The notes under the pieces are model-generated. The model had not been told where the DNA came from and searched no databases. It saw nothing but the letters and a program-made list of their open reading frames with translations. 64,000 bases of DNA from Psilocybe cubensis (lineage: Eukaryota): the NCBI GenBank assembly GCA_017499595.2, contig CM039002.1, forward strand, positions 1,054,001 through 1,118,000. Direction: 5' to 3'. The translations under genes were made by a program, and so were the position numbers. How positions within the stretch are numbered: the first letter of the stretch is position 1; each line of letters opens with the position of its first letter. This document shows, piece after piece, positions 39,667-52,009 of the stretch.

Positions 39667-41419
39667 ATGTCGCCTACAGCAGCTCCACCAACACCACAAG
39701 AAATCATCAGAAAACTATCAGTACATTCAGTTTCGCGGGAGAGAGTAAAGGTGCGAGTTTCTACTTTCCTGGTCTTTATGACCAATCTTTCTGTCAACTT
39801 TGGCTTACAATGCAGGGCCTTTGGGTACACAGACTGCATCATTTTCAGGAGGACCCGTTTCTGGTACAGAATCAGACTCTGATTCCATCCTGACGCCGGA
39901 CGTATCGACGCCAATGGGGCACCCGCAGAGCATGCACGTTGGTCCCTCATCGACGTCACACCCGCCCCTCTCATCCATCGCTGAGCGGCGGTCGGACAGT
40001 GGAGAAGACTCAGAGGACGAAGATGCCGCAGAAGGCCCGGGAGGATGGAAGACAGCGGACGTGCGTACCAAGCCACGTAACTCTGCGGACGAGAGTGTCA
40101 TCAAGGCGGGTTATCTGTGGAAGAAGGGCGAGCGCAGAAAGGTATGTGCTTCGTTGTCTTTGTTGCATACAAAATGTTTTATGCTGAACTTAAATGTTTT
40201 TTTTCCTCGTTCCGTACGCTCGTCTGTAGACGTGGAAGAAACGGTGGTTTGTGCTGCGCCCTGCGCACATTGCTTATTACAAGAGCTCGGCGGAGTACCA
40301 GCTTCTGCGGCTTCTAGAGCTCTCAGATGTACATTCGTGCACACAGGTCAACCTTAAGCGACACGAAAATACTTTCGGGCTGATCTCGCCGACACGGACG
40401 TATTATCTGCAAGCTTCGACGCCGCAAGATATGCAGAGCTGGGTGAAAGCCATCGAGGACGCCAGGGAGACGCTGCTGGCGACATCAACACGAACATCCG
40501 CGGCGACACCCATCCCCATCCCCCGTCCGACCGCAGAAATGCGGTCATCATCGCGGGGCGCGATTCCGCTTTCGTCCTCCCCTAATAATATCATTACATC
40601 GTCTGACTCGGAGGATAACGCTGGCACGTCAATAATGCAGGGTTACTCGGCGGCATCGCCCACACAGGCTGCGTTTTCCCTACCACCGAGTAAGGCGTCT
40701 GTCCCGAATAAAGATCCAGGGAAAACCGTTCTTTCAGGGTATTTGATGAAATGTGGATCCAAACGCCGTAATTGGAGGAAACGGTGGTTTGTTTTGACGG
40801 GTGAAAAGCTTATGTATTCCGGAAGCCATATGGTGAGCGCTTTTTTCTTGACATTGCTCTCCTGATCCGGCCTTTCTAACGTTGATTTTAGGACACAAAA
40901 CCACACAACCAATTCCCGTTCAGCAGCATCCTCGATGCCCTGGAATATGATCTCCACAGGCAACACCCAACAAATCCATCCGTAACCTCGCCACCGCATG
41001 GGATGAACCATGCTGAGGGTAACGACGAGGTTAACAGTACGCACACGTTTAAAATCGTCACCACGAAACGGACATTGCTGTTGTGTGCGCCGAGCGAAGA
41101 TGATGAAATCAAGTGGCTGGGCGCCATCCGTGCGTTGATTGCCCGGCGCATGGAATCCGGTCAAATTCCTGGCAAGACGTCATCCAAGTCACCTCCGGTC
41201 GCTGGTCACCAACACCACGACGGAAGCGCTGGTGCAGGCGCTAATGCAGGTGTTCCCGCTACTGCTCCCGCTGCGAGCGGGGGCTCAGTTGCTGCTAGCG
41301 CCGGATCGGGGATCAAGGCAAAAGTGCGCCGGTTATCAGCAGCGGGTTCGATCAGCCTGGGGCATCATGGTGATCATGCTCCTCATCATGAGATGCGAGA
41401 GGCCAAGGCATCTTCATGA
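39667..41419 (+). CDS. Dual pleckstrin-homology domain protein (Opy1-like architecture)
   Basis: PH1 KAGYLWKKGERRKTWKKRWFVLR..MQSWVKAI; PH2 LSGYLMKCGSKRRNWRKRWFVL..EIKWLGAI; three introns. Confidence 0.85.
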
Positions 41420-43060
41420 ACACTTTACGATCATGAACTAGAGCACAGAAGATGCTCCAGACAGAAGGATACGATTGCCAGTATATACCACCACCTCATC
41501 CTTTGCTCCCCTTTCTCTTCTTTCTTCTGGCTCTGGTCTCCGTATATCTGTCTTTCTCTCTCTTCACATTTCTTGGACAAGGAAGGGACTCTCTAATATG
41601 CTACACTATCATTTTAGACTCGACATCTCTATGTTGATTCCGTTTCTAGTTCTTCTCTCCTTTGTTTTTTCCTCCCTTACTGTGCCTGCCTTTCTATTGC
41701 CCGGATTTTTATCTTAAGTCTGTCGCCCCCAAAAATCAACTATGTACATTTTGCCTTCCTCTGCCCTGTCTGTTCACAACTGTGTGTGCCTCTTGGGAAT
41801 GTTCTTTTTTCGTTGTCTTGCGTCCTTACTCTACATCCCATCTTTTACCGTCCTCAAGGAACTGCTATAATTGTATAACCTGCACCAGTCGAGAGAGGAA
41901 CACGAGCTCTTCACGCGTAGTTTTCTTTTCTTCCTGTAGTCCGTCCGAAGATCCACATCTGAATTCAAATGGAGGGTTATTGTCTTGTATGGAGAAGAAA
42001 TAAATGGCGTCGGAACAATCCAGGAGACCACAAACTTAGAATAGGGTATCAGGTCTGTTGCCTAGTGCTACGTGCAACAACGGTATTCAAGCTTATTATG
42101 GGATTTTACCTTTTGTAGAGAAGGCGGCACGGAACAACTCTTGATCTCCGTGTTGTCATTTTGACGATGCATCCGCGCTCAACGTGGAAACTCTTTTGAG
42201 ATAAGTTATTATCCATGAGCAGTCTCCGTCGTTGGTACTTCCCACTAGAGGACCTTTTGCAGTCTTTGTGGGCGCACAAAAATGAAGATTCTAGGTTCTT
42301 CTGGCATCTAGACCCGCTGCGGAGGTTCTTTGATAATAGAATAGGAATGAGGAGCACTGTCAGGCGCAGGCGGGGTTAACTTTGAGTCCCCTTTTTTGGA
42401 GTTAGGACTCCATTGTTTCGCTGATAGTCCCTCTGTCGACGAAAGAGCACTAGCGATGTCATACTGAAGCCGTTTCGGACAATCAATCAATGATTTCGTT
42501 GAGCCCCTCCCTCTGATAGGATTGAGAGCGAGCAACAAATCACCAGGCTATGAGGATGGCGGTGAAGGGTATACGACTTGTATTAATTACGATTGGATTT
42601 CCGCGATAGTCTGTACCCAATACCTGATTACTATTCGTATATTGAATAGATGCTGCAGATCGACCTGTGTAAAAAGTTACATGGACGTTCAAAGAATATA
42701 GATAAATTAAGGCAGGACAGCCATTGCCAGGGAGGGGCATGAGGCAGACAGGACCCTGGACACACTGTCCAGATGAGGAAGGAGGGAGGGGGGTTGGTAC
42801 TGTGACGCGTGACATCTAAGGTTCACATTCACTGGCGACTAATCACAACTCTTCCGGAAACGACAAGCTACTGTACGACCTCCTCCTACTTATACCATGG
42901 CTCTTCTCTCTTTTTTGGCACCCGGTTCCCTGTGAACTACTGTATTCATTGCGTTGCATTGTTACCACTTGTATCCTTCTCTTTGCCTCTCTTGTTATCG
43001 TAACTCACTCTCATAGCTTCGACACCACTACAACTTGGTGTTCAATCAACGTCTTCCATC

Positions 43061-45347
43061 ATGCCAGCTACCCCCAAATCACCCAGATCTAAAAAGTCGA
43101 CCAGTATCAGCAAGCCCAAGGGCGCAGTGCGCGCCAAGTCAGGCTGCTATACGTGCAGAATTCGTCGTAAGGCAAGTGCACACTCTTTTCTTCCCATGGC
43201 TCATCTGTCCGTTATGCCACCGAAGACTTACATCTGCTAATCTTTTCAGAAATGCGACGAGAAACGCATGGGAAACCAGGAGGAAGGTCCTTGTGAGACA
43301 TGCTTTCGACTCAAGTTGGAATGCTTGGGGTTCGGCGCTAAACGACCCGACTGGCTGAGGGTGAGTGTCACACCTTCCAACTCTCTTTCTCCCATCCTTT
43401 TTTTGCACATCACTTTCCCCGTCGCTCACATCGCCTCTATCATTTTTAGGAAACCTCACGGGTCTCTGAGATTCGAGACCGCATCAAGGCTCACCTTGCC
43501 GCCCAAGGCATGATTAAAGGTCATGCTGGGTCGGGCTCAAGGAGTGCTGTTCAGGAGGACATTTTGCGCCTCAGTGACTATCGAGAGGGAGACATGATCT
43601 ATCCTAGCGCTGGATCATCTTCCTCTTCGAGTAGCCCACGGCGAGGAGACAGTATGGAGAGCGATCAGCCATATGGCTACGCTCCCCATACTGCCTCTCG
43701 TCCAATGTTTGATCATCACCGGTATGATCAACATGACCACCTTGAACAATACCCTGTTCATTCAGGTTGGTCCCCGTTCTGCCTCATGGACGCACCAGCC
43801 CTGATCGATTACGATATGTAGATATTCCGTCTCGAAGTGATAGTCCGTGTGATACTGCTATGAATTCTTCTGTATATGATGAAGGACGCGACCAATCGTT
43901 GTACCTGTCTCTAACTCGTTACGATAACATTGAAAGTGAGGATGACGAATTGTATTTCTATCCTGTATAGTTACTTAAATGCTATTTCTATGCCTTTTTT
44001 TGTTTTTATACAGCGCCCGCCAGACGGAGTACATTCTCCAAGAATGGGCTATACGAATTCTCTTTCGACAACCTCTATACCATTGAGCCGGAAGAGCCGG
44101 CCCCTCGAACATTTGGTATCTCCTATGTGTACCCTTCGAATCACATCCCTTCCAAACTCCTCAACGACTCACTGAAAAACTACGTCGATAACGTCGTCAA
44201 GATTCAATATCTTCTGGGCGACAGACAAATTCTTCCCAATATGATCTGGGAAGCAATCAACAATCACGATGATTCGAAAGAGGCCGTGACGCTTCTATCG
44301 AAAGCATACTACAGTCGCCAGTTGGACCCGCAAGTCCCTGTGCTCAGCGACCGCGAATTCGAAATGCCAATCACTACGCTGAAGGTTTCACTGGCGTCAA
44401 AGAAGCGGGAGACCAGATTCAATTCAGACGATGCCATGACCGCTCTGCATGTTGTTTCTTTGTACCTCTTCGATGGCGGAGGCGGAGACTGGCTCACATT
44501 CCTCAATCTTGCTGTCTCTTATACCGAGCACGTGCTGAAAAGCCCCGCTAACCCCGCCTTCCTCGACAATTATCCTGCTACCCTCGAGGCCGCCAGTGCC
44601 AAAGACGAGTTTGTGGTCAAGACCACGATCTGGTTTGACGTCCTCGCATCGATCACGACACAGAAACCGCCGCAGCTGCTGTCATATATCCGCGAATTGT
44701 TCAGACCGAACCTGAGCTGGGTCGGCACGCCACAATCGTACTCGATGATGTCGCCAATGGGCTGCCAGAACCAAGTCGTCTGGGCGCTTGCGGAGACCTC
44801 GTACCTCTCGTACTGGAAGAAGATCCAGCAGCAGCAGGGTACACTCAGCATCGCTGATCTCGTGCGCCGTGTTGCGGACATCGACGTGTATCTGGAGGAG
44901 GGCCCGCTGCCAGAGCGGCCTCAGAAAGATGAGGAGGACTGGACGCGTTATCTGGCGTCTGAGATCTTCCGCACAGCGACGCGTTTGTTCCTACGGACGG
45001 TCGAGTCGGGCGACTATCCAAAGGTTACGGAGATCAGGCAGGCAGTCTACCGGACGTTCCAGGCCATCCGCAACTTCCCCAAGTATCTCGACGGGTCACA
45101 TCAGTCGGCAGTCGTGCGGAGCACCGTGTTCGGAATCTTCATCTGCGGGGCGCTTAGCGACGACCCGGAGCTGCGGAATATGCTCAAAATTCAGCTAGAG
45201 CAGAACCAGGGTGGTGTCAATGGTGTCGGGAACTGCGGTGTGACATCTGGTCTTCTCGATAATCTTTGGTTTAATCGTAGGCCAAACGATGGTCAGCCGG
45301 TGAAGTGGCGGGATATCTTGAAAGTTAACCAAATCCTGCTCGTCTAA
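43061..45347 (+). CDS. Zn2Cys6 transcription factor with fungal-specific C-terminal domain (Pro1/NosA-like), copy 1
   Basis: KSGCYTCRIRRK-KCDE..PCETCFRLKLECLGFGAKRPDWLR; C-terminal WFDVLASIT, MGCQN, IFICGAL. Confidence 0.88.
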
Positions 45348-48300
45348 ACCATACCGTCGACGACTACTCACGAAATATCCACTATCGAATCCCTCGTCAT
45401 CGTCAATTGTATACCAATGTCATCTGCGTTATGGACTTTCTGGAATCTCGACCACTATCAATCCCCATTCTTACTTAAATCGCAAGCCATCATCTGTTAT
45501 GACCCTTTCAGAGTTTTTTTCTCGATTTACTTCTTTTGACGTCCCTTGCCGTTTCCTATCTCCAATTTCCTTCTTCTTGGTTCCCGACTCCATTGTGTTA
45601 TTGCTCTGTTTCCCATTCGGGTCCGTCGATCTTGATATGAAACGTCAACCCCCTAGTACCTACAAAACCCACCTACACATGTACGTTGGATACCGACAGC
45701 GATTTAATTCTTCACGTCCATCATCCCATCCATTCCATATCCCATCGATCTGTCTTCCCATCCATCCTTATTATTTTGGTATCTCTTGTTCTTCTTTTTC
45801 TTTCTCTCCTCTTAGGCTTTCGTGGTCTGCATGATTAAAATGGCTCCTCAATGTCTCTTCTTATATCTACCTACTACACACAGCATCCATTAAATCGCTT
45901 CCAAAGCATCTAAATTGTTCTCTGTACGTCTATCATATATTTTTTATCCCATCCATCATCAACTCGCACATCATCTACACTTCTCCCTTGTTCCAATATT
46001 ATTTGTGTGTTGGATGACTCGGGTTATTTGATCTATCTAGAGAGGATAGATCAAAACCCAATAGATAAAAATATAAACCATGCAACACACAAGTAGACGA
46101 AATGGTCCCGTGCCTCCGTGCTCCGTGCTCCGAGCCTCCGTCTTTGTGTGTCCGAGAACAAAACATTCGCATTCGTTTTCGATAACTGCGAAACTACTTA
46201 TTTCTGCACATGAATCTAATCATAATCATAATTTGTGCAATCCCGTGGATTTCCCCCCCGTTCCTTGGCTAGTTGGGAAAGGGGGCCAGGAGCCCCTCGC
46301 TTGTCCACATGATGGATCGCAATCATTACACCTCTCGACCCTAATTAAGCTTCATGTTACAGATTTTCAATGGCAGCGAACGGGTTTGCAATTGTTGACA
46401 ATACGCATAAGTTGCCTTGTTGTTTTTCCAAGTGCATTATGAATGTATTGGGGACCTCGCGATAAAGTGTCGAGATCTTAACGTATTTATATAAGGTTAA
46501 TCGCAACCTTGACAATCAATAGCAATGCACTTAAGGAAAATGGGGCATGATGATAACTGCAGCTCAGTGGCGCCTCCGGGCCCTTGTTTGTGTCCATAAA
46601 ACCCAGAACGTAGAGAAACGTGTTTGTGTCTTCCATGCATCCGAGCTAATTACATATCTAGGCATTTGTATTTTTTTTGAACTTGCCTTTTACACACTTT
46701 TGCACATGTTGCGTTAAAGCGTTTCGAAATGAGGTCTTTCGACTCTTGTGCTTGTACTCGTGCTCTTTTTTTCCTTCTTTCAACGAGGCCGTGACGAATT
46801 CACCCGCAAGATGATGTATACGCAACGCGGTAATATTCTCCGTCCGTTCTTTCCAGAGATTTTCAGCCATCAAAGACATTATCCAGAAACGGTGCACCAG
46901 CACTATACTTCTTACCTTAGCGAGGACTCAAGCTCAAAGGCAATCAAATTCGCTAGCTAGCAGCTGGCCCATATGCGGCAGCCTTGATATCTAGGAAGCT
47001 ATTGGAGTTGTGTATCATGTTAGGAATCAAAACGACCATTCGGGCTCGTATAGCCCTAAGCTAATTTCTCATGCTAAGATCAAGACTAATTTGCGAGTCC
47101 AAGAAAGCACAGTTGTGTCGAACAAATAGCTGGGAGACATTTGACAATACACAAAACACAAAACAAGTCTGTCCAGTTGGAAGTGGAAAGTACAATGTCC
47201 CACATACCGAGTCAATTACAGTCATCATGATTTGCCAATCCTTCCAACATTTCGAAACCAAGCATCATCTAACATCATCATCATCATCAGTCCTGTTATT
47301 CTTAGTGATATACGTCGTATTTACGAATTGCGAAACGAAATTGCATAGTTAAATTCTAAAGTGCGCAGTATTTGAACCTTGAAGCGATTTTCCGGCGGCG
47401 GCAGGACTGGAAGAGGCACAAGATTAACATACCTGGTGTTCGGACAGTGGCAGGTGGGGAGCGAAACGTCTAATAGGGCAGCAACGGTACAGTCAAGTCG
47501 CGTCAGTTGAAACAGTCCCAGTACAAGGGAATACTGACCTGTCCAACTTTTTGCAACTTTTTTTTAGATGCATGTCTTGTGTAGTAATGAGGAGGTGGCA
47601 TATCTAGATAGCTGTCCTGAGCACCGAATGTGGATTCACAAAGGAGGTCTATGTATAGCGGACTCTCATTTGCACTGGTTGATGGGATAGACAGAGTAAT
47701 AATAGAAGCGAAGGCAAAAAAAGCTGTAACCTTACATCAACTGGGTTTAGCAGTGCATATGTTGGAAATCTCAACGACGAAGTGGCAGCCGCGGTACGAC
47801 CCCGTCAACTGGATCTGACCTGGGGATTTTGTGCTTGGACGATCACACGCGCCAAGAAGAAGAATCCTGCTTCGGTACGATCGCAATCAGGCACGATGAT
47901 GGCATATAGCCTACTAAGGCACATGGGGACTTGGGACGAGAAGACGACTGTGGTGGGCTGTCCCTTCTCTTCCAAGATTCCCAGTAGATTCGCTTGAGAT
48001 GCGAATGTTTCGCTGGTTAGGTAAGCGCCCATGAGATAGACTTGAGCTCGTTTTTTAGGGAAAAAGACCTGGTAGGTGAATTTGAAGGACATGGCTCACT
48101 GATAAAGCTTTCATGTGGAATCTGGGGAGGTGGGGGACCAGAAATCGGAGGACAAGGATGGCCGCGTTCGCTGAGAGGCGTGGTCCGACGAGGATGGAGA
48201 GTGGAATCGCGACTTGGCCAAAAGAGGCAAGTGTATTGAGAGACCGGAGATTCGTAAGCGGGAATCTGCCGATCCCAGCAGCCGTTTAACTCGAAACTGA

Positions 48301-48598
48301 CAAGCTACCTCCACCGACAAAAAGAGAATTAAACAAAGTAAGACGTATATTATTTTTCCCAACCCAAATCTGAGCCTTGGATACAGAGCCATCAACTGTT
48401 TTGTGCCTCCTTTTTTTAGATCGCTTTCCTTCTTGGTCGGTATCTGACGAACTCTTTTTCCTACGAACCCTTTCCTCATAATCGCGTCCAATAAATTACT
48501 CCGACACAATCTCATCTCTTCCTCTTTAAGTTCCTCCGGCCATTTTATATATACCAGCAATATCTTCAACCTGGTATCTTTCCAACGCTCCATTACGA

Positions 48599-51025
48599 AT
48601 GGCATACCAAAGCCACACCCCTTCTCCAGCTGGGACCCCTTCTCCCTCCTCTTCCACCAGTGTGTCGCCCTACATCAACCCCTCACCCCTCGACATGGTC
48701 GCGAATGATGACCACGACTCCTCCTACAGTGCCCAAGGAACACCCAATCACTCTACCACCAATCTCCCCCGCACTCTTAATGCAGGCAAAGGAGGATGCT
48801 GGTGCGTACTTTTTGCGGCCCACATATTTTTCATCCATTTGCTCATGACATGCCGTACTTTCATAGGACATGCCGCGTTAGACGGAAGGTGTGCAAAGGC
48901 TCTCGACATCGTGCGATATCGACGGGTTCACTGACGTTTTCCCCCTTCCTCCTCTTCAGAAATGCGACGAGCAGCGCGAAGGTGACTCCTGCCGGACATG
49001 CAAGCGTTTGACAATTAAATGTTTGGGTTGGGGGGCCAAACGTCCTGATTGGATGCGGGTTAGTACGCGCTGCTGGATTGATGCGCGAACTCGATCACTG
49101 ATGTTTACCCCAGGACAAGAAGAACGTCGATGCCTACAAGGCCAGCATCAAAGCACAACTATCCAGGGCAGGTCTCATTCGTGGACAACCTCGACACAAC
49201 CCTATGCAAGTCCCATCACATCGCGCAGTCCAGCAGCAGCAGCGACAACAAGTTCGACAAACGACTGTAAACAGTCACACTGGTTCAGTCAATGTCACTC
49301 GAACGAACTTTGAGTCATTCCACCATCCTCTGGATACTTCTTTCAACGCACAGCACGGCCCCCACCTGATGTCCGGGATGACCGGTAAGTTATTAGGAAC
49401 TGCTTCATCGTTGAAATAACTCACAGAGGTTCCATTGAAAGGAGCTCCTTCCTCTTTCGATGACCACATCAGCCGACAATTCGACACCTACGACCCTACA
49501 TTCTTCCAGCAAACAGCGTTATTCAATCCGTCGCTAGGTGGAGAGAACACAGACTTCGGACTGTTGTCAACACAGACCGCAAATGACGTCCTGTTTCAAG
49601 ACCCGACTACGATGCCGGCGTACAATTCTCCTGCTAATCAGACCGCAGTCCAGGAAGAGCTCGTGATGCACTACTTCAGCAATGTCCAAAAAGCCCAACC
49701 GTTTTTCGCTGGTGAAGCCCTAACAGATATTACGTATTCGGTAAGATACCACCGCAAAGCCCTTACGACATAATCTCACCTCATCATCCCATCCTTCAGG
49801 CAATCCTCGAGGAGCCCAGAGGGGCCGTAACATTTGCTATCTGTGCACTGGCTGAGCTGCACTTGAAGCAGATGAGGGTATCGCAAGGGCTTGAGCCTAT
49901 CAACGCAGCTGCGGAAACCTCCACCAACTATCTTCGAAATGAGGCGGTACTTCAGCTCGATAATAACAAAAACACTCACGGCTGTTGGTCCGAGAAGGAC
50001 GCCATCGCAGCCCTGCATCTCGTCAGCCTGTCCCAACTCTCCGGAGGTGCTAGTGATTGGGAATCGCCTTTCACGATCCTGTGCCAATGGCTTCACCAAA
50101 CCAACCTCCACCTCGCAGAAAACCCTTGGTTGACGTTCCTCAGCCTCACTGCCTCCGTCCAGCATCTGGTCAAGGCCACTTTGGTAAGCAATTTTTTCTT
50201 CGTAAAATTTTACTGTCCAGCTTATCAGAATGTTAGTGGCTCGATGTTTTCTCCAGCATGTCGACTCTTCGACCACCAAAATTTTTGCCATTGTGGCAGA
50301 AGCTCTTGGGGGAGAAGAACTTCTACGACCTCGACCTGCCGCGGAGCATGCACATGGAGGCGCTCACAGGCTGCCCGGACGAGGCATTGCTGGCGATTGC
50401 CGAAATTTCCGCCCTTGCTCACTGGAAGACCTCCCAGATACGCAATGGCTGTCTAAGCTATCCTGATCTCATTCGTCGGGGCACTGTCATCGAGCAGCAG
50501 CTTCGCCGACAGACGGAGCAATCCGTTGCCACCGATGGTGTTCAAACAGGGCTTGGTTCTGCCAACGCTACACATCCCTCGGTTGAAGAGCGGTCTTTGA
50601 TCGCAAATATCTTCCGCGAAGCCGCAGACCTCTATCTGCATTCTGTTCTCAGCAATTCAACGCCTGGTAAGTTGATATCCATCACTATCTCTTGATCAAT
50701 TCCTGATTTTTACTTGATAATTTTAGGCGTACCCGAAATAGGATCGTGTGTCACCACGATTGTTCGACTGTTCACTCAGCTGCCCGCCAGTGAAGTTGAT
50801 CGTACCCTGGTTTTCCCAATCTGCCTCGCAGGTTGTATGACTAATGATTCCACGGTGCGGGACTTCTTCAAAGGCCGCCTTCGTCTGTTGAACGAGAGTT
50901 ATGGCAATCTGCTCCAAACTCGTCGACTGATGGAGGCCGTCTGGCAGAAACGAGATATCGGTGGCAAAGAAGTAGATTTCCGCGAAACAATACGAGAACA
51001 AGGATTGAAATTGCTCCTTATTTGA
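48599..51025 (+). CDS. Zn2Cys6 transcription factor with fungal-specific C-terminal domain (Pro1/NosA-like), copy 2
   Basis: KGGCW-TCRVRRK-KCDE..SCRTCKRLTIKCLGWGAKRPDWMR; C-terminal WLDVFSS, LTGCPDE, FPICLAGC. Confidence 0.88.
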
Positions 51026-51806
51026 AAAAGACAAAACCTGCACCTAAACTGTTTGATGATGGATCGATGGATCGATATTGTACTGTGCACGCACCTAATC
51101 CCTTTTTTATGTTTTCTCTTCTCTTTCGCCCCATTCCGCTATGCTGTCTTCTTTGTTTCCTCTCTCTCTCATCCCTTCGCATTGTTAAAAACTATTCTCC
51201 ATGTACCCATTCCTGTATTTGTATACCCACAACGAAACGAATCTCCTATAACATATAAACTATTAGCTTATAAAATGGAATTAAAATTCTGTGTCTTATC
51301 ACTTTCTGGCCGCCTTTTAAGGCTGAGAAGAGAGCGCCCAAATGACGAAAGCGCCGGTTAATCGATGAGCGCAACTGCGGTTGAGCACCCCACAAAGGGG
51401 CTACATGACCGACCCATAGATCCTGGGCGCGCCATGGGCGCAGCGCCAGGCACCAAAAATACTCCTAAAATCCACATAAAAATCAAGGTAAATTCGTAGA
51501 AAAAATATGGAGAACAGGGACGTACGTGGAATGGTCCATAGAAGCTCTCAGAAGTCATACCATCATCTTCCTATTCTTTACCACCGCAAATAAGGACTCA
51601 GGCAATCTTTGCTTTCAAAAGTTGCATAAAGCGTGTCGTGAGTTGCTGCATTTCCCGAGCGCACCGGGAAATTGTTTTGTGGGGTTTAACCTGGATTTTG
51701 GGGGAATACAAGTGTACTAGGAGGTATTCCGGTGCATTCTGAGGCGTTTTGAGCAGAGACAAATGGGAGGTGGTGGTTCAAACGAAAGAAAGGTGGGCTG
51801 ATTTCA

Positions 51807-52009
51807 TGGGCGCGAGTGAGATGTTGGCAGGTTTATACCGGTCGCTCCGGGAAATACATTTTGTTTGTTTCGATGGCCATATTTGGGTTATTTGGTGCCT
51901 TTTTCGAGTCATTTTAGACCATGTGACTTGCAAAACCGTCATGGGCGCGATGTCCTTGCCCTCAATCTGTAACAAAACTCCACTATAAAACGGCGCTCAC
52001 TCGCGCCCA
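51807..52009. repeat. 14-bp perfect inverted repeat pair
   Basis: TGGGCGCGAGTGAG (51807-51820) and CTCACTCGCGCCCA (51996-52009). Confidence 0.7.

Noticed and set aside
42897..42935. 12-codon uORF in good context upstream of Zn2Cys6 copy 1
   Set aside because: Transcription start unknown; it may lie outside the mRNA
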